Shown: piece after piece, positions 1-10,000 of the stretch
Numbering within the stretch: the first letter of the stretch is position 1
Layout of the letters: the number at the start of each line of letters is the position of its first letter
DNA from: Fibrobacter sp.
GTDB lineage: Bacteria; Fibrobacterota; Fibrobacteria; Fibrobacterales; Fibrobacteraceae
Strand: one strand, 5' to 3'
Length of the DNA stretch: 64,000 nt
Assembly (NCBI RefSeq): GCF_017642335.1
Contig: NZ_JAGCPF010000038.1
Notes under the pieces: model-generated
Told to the model about the DNA's origin: nothing
The model's input: the letters and a program-made list of their open reading frames with translations, nothing else
The model's database searches: none
Translations under genes and position numbers: made by a program

Positions 1-40
1 TTTTTCCGTTGTAATTTCCCCTTTTTTCTACATTCTCCGC

Positions 41-688
41 ATGCAGGTCAAACAATTTGTTTTCAATCCCTTTGGTGTGAATGCCTACGTGTTGAGCAAC
101 GATGCGGGGGATGCCATACTCATAGACCCGAGCGCGAGCAACGAGCGGGAGCGCAATGCACTCGCCATATATATAAAGGACGCCGGTCTCAAGGTTTGTC
201 GGGTGCTGAATACGCACCTGCACCTGGACCATGTCCTCGGCAACGCGTTCGTGGAGCGTACTTACGGAGTCAAGGCGGAGGCCCACGAGGCCGACTCGTT
301 CCTGCTGGGCTTGCAGCATGAGCAGGGCAGCATGTTTGGCCTGCCCTTCGACGACCCGGCCCCTGCGCTGGGCGGCACTCTCTCTGACGGCGATATCGTG
401 GAGGTGCCGGGAATCAAGCTGCGCGTAATCCACGTGCCGGGGCATTCTCCCGGAGGGCTCGCCTTTTACTGCGAAAGCACCGGCTCTGGTGACGATGACG
501 CTCCGGCTTTGTTCTCGGGCGACATCCTCTTTGCGGGCAGCATGGGCCGTTCCGACCTCTTTGGCGGTGACGGGAATGCCCTCGTAAACGGCATCAAGTC
601 CAAGATCCTGACGCTCCCCGGAAATACCGTCGTGCTCCCGGGTCACGGGCCGTTCACGACGGTCGCCGACGAAAAGATGTGGTTCTAG
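41..688 (+). CDS. MBL-fold metallo-hydrolase (glyoxalase II/YcbL-like)
   Basis: THLHLDH metal-binding motif, PGHSPG, FSGD, VLPGHG. Confidence 0.9.
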   Translation: MQVKQFVFNPFGVNAYVLSNDAGDAILIDPSASNERERNALAIYIKDAGLKVCRVLNTHLHLDHVLGNAFVERTYGVKAEAHEADSFLLGLQHEQGSMFGLPFDDPAPALGGTLSDGDIVEVPGIKLRVIHVPGHSPGGLAFYCESTGSGDDDAPALFSGDILFAGSMGRSDLFGGDGNALVNGIKSKILTLPGNTVVLPGHGPFTTVADEKMWF

Positions 689-691
689 CCT

Positions 692-1813
692 ATGTCGATG
701 TCGCAGGGCCGGATTGGGTGGATTGACGAATTCAAGGGATTCGTGCTGCTGCTCGTGTGCCTTTATCATGTGGAGCAGTCCTTCCCGTGCGCATCCATGG
801 GGATGCTCCACCTGAGCGCTCTCCGCATGTCCGCGTTCTTCTTCATTTCAGGTGTGCTGTTCAGTACGCGCCGTTTCCGCAATTTCGGGAGTTACGCAGC
901 CCATAAAACCAAGGTGCTCCTCTGGCCGTATGTCGCGCTGTCCTTGCTGTTCATGCTGCTCGACCCGGTAATCTACAACTTCGACTTGTTCCCCAAGGCC
1001 CCGCGCATGACGATCATGAATATCCGCCCGGAAATAGCGAACGTCAAGGATTATATCGGCTGGAACGCCGCGAAGATTTTCGTGGCCGGGAAGTCTTCCA
1101 TCGGTTCGGGTCCGCTGTGGTTCGTGTTCACGCTGTACTCCGTGAGCCTGATTTTTTACCTTGTTCAAAAAATGGCGGGGAAGGCGAAGCGCGTTGCCCG
1201 TGTTGTCGTGGCAGCTGTCGCCGTTGTCGCCCTTGCTGCCGGCTGGTTGCTGAACCAGAAACACATGCGGTACCCCCTTGGGCTGGAACGCGACCTGACC
1301 GTGCTGTTCTTCTTTGCCTGTGGCTGGCTGAGTCGCGATGCGATAAAGAAGTTTGGCCGGGCCCACGCCGTGGTCGTGGCTGCCGTCGCCGCCGTCAGTT
1401 TTGCGCTGTACGCCTATTTCGAGGTTCCCAACCCGAATTTCAGCATCATGAACAACGACCTGGGAAAGTCGTTCGTCGGTTTCTTTGCCAGTTCGGTGTC
1501 CGGCATTGTCGGGCTGGTCGCGCTGTTCCAGCTGCTTAGCCGTGTCCCGAATGTTGCCCCCGTCCGCATTTTCAAGGGAATCCTGCGGAACATCTCCAGG
1601 AATGCGCTTGTCATCTTGGCTGTGCACTGGTGGATTTTGCTGGTGATGCGCCTGCTGTTCAAGCCCGAGATCAACCGGCCCGGAATCGCCTACTTGTCGA
1701 TACTGGTGGTTGTGGCGGGCGTAATCGGTGCGATTCCGCTGTTCAGGTGCAAACTCTATAAATTGCTGGGCAAGGAACGCATCAGCGTCCACGAAAGCCT
1801 GAGTATCAAGTAA
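692..1813 (+). CDS. Acyltransferase family 3 (OafA-like membrane O-acyltransferase)
   Basis: RIGWIDEFKG...H start, FFFISG, LWFV motifs, many hydrophobic helices. Confidence 0.85.
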   Translation: MSMSQGRIGWIDEFKGFVLLLVCLYHVEQSFPCASMGMLHLSALRMSAFFFISGVLFSTRRFRNFGSYAAHKTKVLLWPYVALSLLFMLLDPVIYNFDLFPKAPRMTIMNIRPEIANVKDYIGWNAAKIFVAGKSSIGSGPLWFVFTLYSVSLIFYLVQKMAGKAKRVARVVVAAVAVVALAAGWLLNQKHMRYPLGLERDLTVLFFFACGWLSRDAIKKFGRAHAVVVAAVAAVSFALYAYFEVPNPNFSIMNNDLGKSFVGFFASSVSGIVGLVALFQLLSRVPNVAPVRIFKGILRNISRNALVILAVHWWILLVMRLLFKPEINRPGIAYLSILVVVAGVIGAIPLFRCKLYKLLGKERISVHESLSIK

Positions 1814-1829
1814 TTGTTGATGGTGGCGC

Positions 1830-2096
1830 CTACAAGTAGACCTTGGGCGTCCGGGGCGGTTCGGTCGTTTCGCGCTTCTTGGGAACGTAAATCTTGATGG
1901 CGTACACGTTCTGTTCCGTCTCGGCGACGATGTCACCCTCCTGCAGGTCCTCGTAGATGTCGATTTCTATTTCCACGCCGTCGCGGGCGATGCAGCGGAT
2001 GGAGTGCGCGGAAAGTTCCTCGCGCAGGAGCGGGACGTCGACGACCTTCTTGTACGTGCCGTGGTGGGTGGTTCCGAGAATCCTATTGCAAAACAT
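1830..2096 (-). CDS. Small protein resembling the UreE N-terminal domain
   Basis: ILG...VDVPL...DGVEIEI...LQEGDIVAE pattern recalls UreE_N; TATATT box 6 nt upstream of ATG. Confidence 0.5.
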   Translation of the reverse strand: MFCNRILGTTHHGTYKKVVDVPLLREELSAHSIRCIARDGVEIEIDIYEDLQEGDIVAETEQNVYAIKIYVPKKRETTEPPRTPKVYL

Positions 2097-2320
2097 GCGG
2101 AGAATATAAAAAACGAGGCGGGCTCCGGCGCTTGTTAACGCAAAATTAACGATTTAGGCCGAAAAAGTCCCTTTTTTAGCTTTTTTTCCATTTGAATACG
2201 TGATTTTTCTCAATCATGTAAAAATATTTTAATACAGGGGGCCAAAACATATATATATTGGTAACAAAAAGGCCCATTTGTGGAAATGAGCCTTTTTATT
2301 GGGTATAAGAAGAGGTTTAG

Positions 2321-2794
2321 ATGTTGCTAAGAAGGATGAAAGAAAAAAAAGGCTTTGGTATCGTGGAAGTGCTTGTCTCTGCCGCGGTACTTGGCTTTTT
2401 ATATATGGCCTTGCTGCACCTGCAGTTGAGCAATCGTCAGACCATGCTCCGAATCCGTGGACGTGACGGTGCCGTAGAGGTGGCGCAGCAGGTTCTCGAT
2501 TCTCTGCAGATTATCGGGGCCGCGGCCATTGCCAGCAAGGATTCGAGCGACACCACTTACGACGGGCTCGACTATGTGCGCAAGTGGGCCAGGGGCGACA
2601 ACAATCCCCAGGATTCCGTCGAGGTGCGGTATACCACCCGGCTGACCGTAAAACCCGATAGGCAGTATAAGTCTTCGGATTCCTCGCTGTTCTATTCGGT
2701 GAACCATGTCTATGCGAAGAATATATCGGTCCAGGTTTCCTGGCCGTTCAAGAACACTATTCAGTCCATTAGTATCTCAGGAGTCGTGCGATGA
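2321..2794 (+). CDS. Type IV minor pilin, PilV-like
   Basis: Class III signal peptide KKG|FGIVE followed by a hydrophobic helix. Confidence 0.8.
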   Translation: MLLRRMKEKKGFGIVEVLVSAAVLGFLYMALLHLQLSNRQTMLRIRGRDGAVEVAQQVLDSLQIIGAAAIASKDSSDTTYDGLDYVRKWARGDNNPQDSVEVRYTTRLTVKPDRQYKSSDSSLFYSVNHVYAKNISVQVSWPFKNTIQSISISGVVR

Positions 2795-4080
2795 ACAAAC
2801 GCGGTTTTACATTGATGGAACTTGTGGTGTACATGGCCATTCTCGGCGTTGTCGTCATTGTTGCTGGGCAGGCGTTCAGCAACAGCACGAAGCATGGGAT
2901 GAAATCCAAGAGCATGCTTGTTGCAAACCAGGTCGCCGAAGATGTGGGCATCCTTATCCGTGACGACATTGCGCAGATGGGCGTGAAGTCCTTTGTCGAG
3001 GAAGGCGATGCCGATGCTTTCGACAACAAGTTTAGCCTGCATTCTAAAGTCTACATGAACGAAAACACCGACAAGTCTTCTTTCAAGTACGAACACAACA
3101 AGAACGGCATTGGTCGTGACGTTCTTTCGTTTAGGCGGATCAAGGTCAAGGAAGACGGGTCGTTTTATCGCGTGGAAGAAATCGAGTGGGGCTTGGATGC
3201 GTCAAGGACGCTTTACCGCAGCTGCCAGACTATCGAGGGAACCGCCGACAGCTTGGAGTGCCCGAAGACGACCAAAACCAGGGTGTCGCTGGCGGAAAAT
3301 GTCGAAAAGTTCGTACTGACGCCTTCCAAGCCGGATTCGGATATCGGTGAATCCACCATTTTCCCGCTTGCGGCAGAGCAAGGCAAGTTTAAGCTGATTC
3401 CGCGTACCGATCCTTCGAAGGGCCTTTTGACCGTTTCCAAAAACCCGGCGGTTGCAGCTCAGGCGATAACGCTTTCCGGTTTCTCGACCAATTACAGCCC
3501 GGACGGCAATGGCGGATCGGTGACTGCGTACCACCAGGTCTTTGTCGGCAGTACGAGCAGCTCCGATGCATCTTGGACTTCCGCAGCCAAGTTCAACTTT
3601 TTAAAAGACCAGACTTATGAACTCCGCTTCAAGATGCCCTACAACGAGGACGCGTCTCGCATGTTCCGCCCCAACAAGGACCATATGACGGTGGGCTTCA
3701 AGAAGGTTGACGATGGCGGCGTCATCGATTGCCGCAATATTCCCGAAACGTTTATTTTCCCGCCCGAAACCGAAGACGGTGAAGCGACGCACGTGATCCG
3801 CTTTACGCCCCAGGAAAACGTTACCAATGCGATGCTTGCATTTACATTTGCTTTCTATTCGCCTACGGTAGGGGGTGGCTCCTTGACAATCCGCGACGTG
3901 GAAGTGAGAAGTGTTACTGACGAAAGATTCAAGTTCGATAAGGATTATGTCCCGAGCACTTCGGCAGAAAAGATGAAGGTCCGTGCCTTCAAGATGGAAT
4001 TGCATGTGCTCAGAAATGGTGCTGACGGAAAAGTAGAAATGGTTATTCCGGTGCCCAGCAATGGCACGGTTGAGTTATAG
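2791..4080 (+). CDS. Type IV minor pilin, PilW-like, enlarged (429 aa)
   Basis: KRG|FTLME prepilin motif; ATGA overlap with the upstream gene. Confidence 0.8.
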   Translation: MNKRGFTLMELVVYMAILGVVVIVAGQAFSNSTKHGMKSKSMLVANQVAEDVGILIRDDIAQMGVKSFVEEGDADAFDNKFSLHSKVYMNENTDKSSFKYEHNKNGIGRDVLSFRRIKVKEDGSFYRVEEIEWGLDASRTLYRSCQTIEGTADSLECPKTTKTRVSLAENVEKFVLTPSKPDSDIGESTIFPLAAEQGKFKLIPRTDPSKGLLTVSKNPAVAAQAITLSGFSTNYSPDGNGGSVTAYHQVFVGSTSSSDASWTSAAKFNFLKDQTYELRFKMPYNEDASRMFRPNKDHMTVGFKKVDDGGVIDCRNIPETFIFPPETEDGEATHVIRFTPQENVTNAMLAFTFAFYSPTVGGGSLTIRDVEVRSVTDERFKFDKDYVPSTSAEKMKVRAFKMELHVLRNGADGKVEMVIPVPSNGTVEL

Positions 4081-4088
4081 GAGGCGTT

Positions 4089-7000
4089 ATGTTCAAGTCT
4101 CGAAAAGGTGTTTCTCTCTTTACCGTGCTAATCTTCATGCTGATTGCGACGATTGCCGGCACGGCGACGTACAAGTGGCTTACTTCCGAAGGCTTCTCTT
4201 CGGCTAGCCGCATGATGATGAGCGAGGCCCGCGCATCGGCTTATGCCGGTGTCGATGCTGCCCGTGCATGGATGACTTACCATGCGAACGAAACCGGCGC
4301 TATACTTAGGCAGTATATCGTAAGTGGCAGAAAGCCGGTGTCGCTGGACAAGGTGCTGTTGCCCATGGCCAAGCAGGGCCAGTCGTTCAAGGTTAGCCTT
4401 GTGGGGGTGGAGGCCCCGACGGCGAGCGCCACGTACAAGGTCAAGATTGTGTCGACGGGCTATTCGCACGACAGTGCTGCTGTGTATAGTGAAACTGCGG
4501 TGCTGAACGTCGTCGGTCTTTACCGCGTACTCAGGCCTGTTCAACAACAACAATATAGTATCGATTATAATTACGCCTATTTTGGCGGCTCGACCTCGTT
4601 TGCGGGCGCTCATGACGGTTCTGCGATGCTGATTAACGGGGACTGGGGAACCCAAAACGGCTCTAACCCCGGAAAGATGGAGGGCGACTTTATTGTCACC
4701 GGTACGGCAAGGCTGAGCGGAAGCAATATTACTGTTGGCGGAACGGCTTGTATCGGTAACGACATTATGACCGATAACGGCTTGTGGGCCGGAAACCTTT
4801 ACGTGGGCCGCAATTCCATCGGCAATCAGAAGTTTAGCGCAAACGTTGTCGAAGACGCCTACTTTGACGGGAATATCGAAATAGGGCAGATAAACAACCC
4901 TGGCTTTGTTATTGGCGGGAACTTGTTTGTGAACAAGCGGCTTACGACAAAGCTGGACGCCCTGGCGCATACGATTAATGGCAACTTGTGCCTTGGCGAT
5001 CAGGGTTCCATATTGTTCAACGGTGAATCAATGAATTACAATTTTACCGTGAAACACAATGTCTGGATTCCGACATCCTATAAGAATGGAAACATGTATG
5101 GAATATTGACCAATAACCAGTATACGGCATATAGCCATAGAATTTTCGGAAATACGGTCGGTGACAAGGCGTATATAAAAGACGGTACGAGCTGCTACAG
5201 CGGGGCTATCTCTGGTCAAAATATCAGCTGCAGCGGACAGCCGGAGAAATTTTTCCAGCGCCACATGAACGGCAATTCCCAGGCTGGTTTTGCCGGTTTT
5301 ACGACGAAGAATACACTGGTCACGAATATTCCTGATGCACCTCCGTTTGCATGTGGAGCTGAAGTCAAGGAATACTGCAATAAAATATGGAAACCGGCTA
5401 CCTCGACCCAGAAGTGTGGCGATGCCCCGTACTTTGTTCCCGATATTTTAAAGACCGGGCACGAGGAATTCGAGAAATATGCACCGACGAACAAGGGGTT
5501 GGGTACAAAGGCCAAGGATTCCGGTATAGAGGCGTGCAAGAATTTGACTTATTTCTCGGCAGGCAAGGTCGACAACATGAATACTTGCTATAGCCAGTTG
5601 ATGGCCGACAAGGATAAACGCAAGAAATATTTGTATAACGACTATCTGGTTGTCCGTTTGGAATCGAATGAAAACGAGTCCAATGGCGCCGACAATGCCT
5701 CGCATAAACTGAATGGTAAGTTCCTGTTCATTTATGAAAGCGCCCTTAAAGGGAACAATCCCCATTTCCCGCAAACCGAATCGGATGCTAGGGTTTTTGT
5801 TTATTTAAAAGAAGGCACTGAGAACAATACGCACATAAATTGTAATGCGGGTAAAAACACTCCGTACAATTACTTTATTTTCTCGAGGAGGAATGTCGGT
5901 GGACTTTTGGGTAGCTGCATTTGGAATGGCTCCTTCTATGGCACGGCTACGAATTGCGCAAAGATTAGCGATATCAACGGAAGTGTTGAACTGAAGTACG
6001 ATTCGACTATCATAAACGATATGGTCAAGAGCGGAATCGTGTGCGAAGCGAGAATGGAAAAATGCGGGGATCCGCCGCCGAGTTCATCTTCGGCTGCGCC
6101 GAACTCCTCGGCTAATGAGAATTTCGACGGAATCTACGACCCGTACTTTATTGCGACCGGGACCCAGCTCCATATTGCCGTGGAATCCGAAAACAAGATT
6201 TCCAAGCCGGTGTCTTCGGCGAGTGCCATTGAGCCGTCCGTTATTGCGTTGCCGAGAGTCGTCTACTTGAACGAGAATTCTCCGGGTAAATTGAAGGACT
6301 ATGTTTCTGTCGTTGCCTTGAACGGGGCGAAGTTCAATACGGAAGATATCGCCTGTACGGGCAATGGGGCGCCTTCGGGAACGGACAAGATTTACTCCAA
6401 TGGATCCGGACCTAATCCGGGATTATTCAACTGTATGTATACGGCGCGCGGTTCGATGGTCGCCTATGAATCGCCATTCTATGTTGTCGTCGCGGGCGCT
6501 GCGGAATCGACTCCGATGGTCCATTTCGATGGCGATGTGAACGTCGATTTCGTGCTTGGGCAGGCCAACGAGGGTGTTGTCAAGTTGGCGGTAGATGGCT
6601 CGGGCGCTGCAGGGGAATTTGAAGTGTCTATTGCAAAGTCTGACCTGCCTAATGGTTGGGAGGTCGTTCATTATGCAGATGGTTCTCCTGTGAATTGGCA
6701 AACCGCTTCTGACGGGTCGAAGTTCTATGTTGTAAGGAAGCCTTATTCAACAAGTCCGGCTACATATCCGATTTTCAAGGTGAGGGCCAGTAGTAGCGCG
6801 GCATCGGGAATGGTGTACTTTGCCTTGCAGAGCCCGCAGGGGTGCATTATCGGCGGCGGTTCTGTGTTGAAATCGTTCAACATCAAGGGCTCTGCGACAT
6901 TTGAACGGTTGCCTTTGACAAAATATTGCGAAGCGTATCCTGAGGAATGCCCGTCAGGAAGCAAATACGCTATCGCGAAGGATTTGCAGGATTGCCCCAA

Positions 7001-10000
7001 TTTGTCTGGAACATGGGTTCGCGCCGATGGTATTGGCTGCGAGGCGAAGCTACCGAATCAACGCTGGATTTGCGATGCTGCGGTCGGTGCCGCCAACCAG
7101 GTGAACCTTGTGGGTGTTACCTATGATGATGCCATGTGTACTCTGTATAATCCGGAAGAAAACAATGTTGTCGTCAACCCCCAGGACGATAACTCTAATC
7201 CGGGTGGCTATAAATTGTATGCATCGTTAAAACGCAAGTATTATACGTTACACATTGATGTAAAGAATACTATCAATAATAAGAGTGGTGTAGAAGTGTG
7301 GACCGCTGAAGAAATAGATGGACCGTACACTCAACTAGGGTCTACTTGTACTAGCGCTAGCGATGGGGGCTGTCAATATATCGTTTATGCAGGAATGCAT
7401 GTGAGATTAATTCCCCGTGAGGAGGGAAGGGACCATTTGGCCTATTGGGAAACAAGTGGTGACTATCTTAACGTTTCAGAGAAATCGGTTCGACCGCTCT
7501 ACTATGCGGTTGACCAAAGCCGTTCTTATTCGGGTGTGTTTAATATGAGGGACCAGCATTGCTTCTATGCTAACTTTAGTAAGACCCAAATATGGTGCGA
7601 TGCTGAAAGTGTCGGTAATTGTGTTGACCAGTGCAAGACAACTTTGCCCTGCAATATTGATGACGGCGTGTTCGAGAATGCTGGTTGGTTAATTGTGAAT
7701 ACCAACAAGGGCATCACTCATGCTCCTCAAATAAAGGACCAGAAATATATTACGCGGAGTGGCAATGGCCATGTCCTTTTGATGCTGAATACGGTGCAGG
7801 CTGGCTCCGAGGGCACGTTCTCGACGTTGCAGTTTGTGGATGTGATTAAGGAGAATCAGAGTAACAAGCAGAGCGAGCTAATGAATTATGGCATTGTCGT
7901 GAGGTCGACCAAGAACGGGAGCGAATACATCTCGGTGAACTTCTACGGCGTTGGCAAGAAGGATGCCGAATCTACGCATGCCCGTGTTTGTTATTTGGAT
8001 CGTCTGGAGATGGTCGAAGGTAATTTGGACCATTGCCAAGATAAATTGGTAAAGACGGAAAGTGACGTAAATTATGGCTGGCCCGAAGGTACGCCCATGA
8101 ATTTCGTTGTTAACGTGACTGGGGATAGCCTTTTTGCAACGGTGAGCTATGCGAGTGGCAGCACTATCAAGGAGGGCTTTGCCAAGTTCGATTTGAAGGA
8201 AGTGGTGAAGGATGGGGCCAATACCCTGAATGACGAAGAACATGAGTTTGTTGGATTTAAACTGGGTGGGACAAAGAATGGCGCTCTCAGTGCTTTCTGG
8301 CACTCGACCAAGTATGCAGATCAATGCTTCGATGACCCGTCCGTATTCTGCTCGTTTGCTGCAAAATATGTTGGGGGCTCAGTCCCCAGCAATGAATCCG
8401 TATCACCTGCTGTCGGATATTCCAGCTGGTTCATGGATCAGAATTCAGGCGCAAAGTGCGTATCTAAAGTGAGCTATTTCTATAACGGGTGCGATATGCC
8501 GTTCACCAAGTATGGCGGATTCGGGCTTCCTTTGGAACTTGGAACCTGCTTGAATAGAGTAGACGCGGATGGACCGGTGGAAAGATATCTCGCAAGCCCT
8601 GGGCTGCGTTTGAAAAAAGGTGAGGAATATCAGTTCAGCTATGAAGGCTTGCACGGGTTCCCGCATGCGACTCGTCAGGGCTATGTCCGCAACGCATCGA
8701 TAGAAGTGGATTGCCGAGCCGTCAATGGTATGACTTATAAATCAAGCTGTGGTGAGTTCTATGTCGGAGAGACTCACAGCTGTACGCAGGATATTGTGAT
8801 ATCGGAAGGTTCGCCGAACCATGGCATGGAATCGTTCGTTATCGAATCCCCGCTGGCTGACGGCATGAACTTGCGCGAGGCGACCGTGAACTTCTACCTC
8901 GACAAGAATCCCGGCGTGACCGTCAGGGCCCGCTTTGTCGATGCGTCGAACGTGACTTCCGATGTGGTGAACTTGACGGAGGTCGGTTTGAACGAGGTCT
9001 CGTACGAAAAGTTCGCTGACAAGTTCGGCTTTAATCCGGAAAAGGTCAAATCGATTATTTTGGTCGGCTCGGGCAGCTATTCCGTGGACTCCATCGTAAG
9101 CCATTGCTCCTACACGCTCAAGGCGCGTTGCGGACGTGGTGATGCCTTCTATTCTGGAAGTACTTGGCGCATAAAGGCGAGCATTGACCCGCCGCAGGTT
9201 GCGAAGAAATGCAAGGTTGAATCTATCGAGGGGATAACGCCTACGTTCTTTGGCGATTGCAATGCGAGTGGAACCTTCTTGCGCGATGACCCGGGCTTCC
9301 TTGACAGGTTGAACGAGGGAACGGAACATTTGCAGTATTCCTTCAAGGTGTCGGTATACGACGATCCTGATGCGACGGCCAATTCAACTCCAAAAAGTAC
9401 GTGTGTCGCGACAACGCAGGAATATGCGCCGATAGAAATTTCGTGCTCGCTGGATGGCAGCAATGCCGTTGTCCAGGAAGGTGCCGGCGTGCCAGCCTTT
9501 GTGCTCTCTGCAGAAAACTGCCCTGTTGACGGCTGCGTCTACGAGATGGCGCTCTCGACCGGGGCCGAATATGCGCACAGCACGAACCTCGTTGGCCAGC
9601 AGGTTTGGCAACCCGGCTTGAACACGTCGACGAAACTTCCGACGGGCCGCTATTACTATACGGCAAAGATTTACAACGCCAATAAGACGAAGGTGTTGAA
9701 GTCGTGTAACAACGTGAGCTTCGATGTTGTTGCGGCCCAGCCTGCAACGGCAAGCAGCTGTAAACTTGAAAACGGAGAATTCAGTGCGTTTATCGATGGC
9801 TCCGGCAACAATCCCGTAAATACCATGTTGGTTATTACCGATTTGCAGGGCCAGCCGGTCCAGTCGATGAGTTCTTCGGTGAACGTGAAGGATTATGTGA
9901 AGTATACGGTGCCGGCGCTCTCGACGGGTAACTATATCCTTTCGTTGAGGGTGAATGGTGACACGGGATGCTCGGAGCTGTATACGACTCAAGGTGCGTC

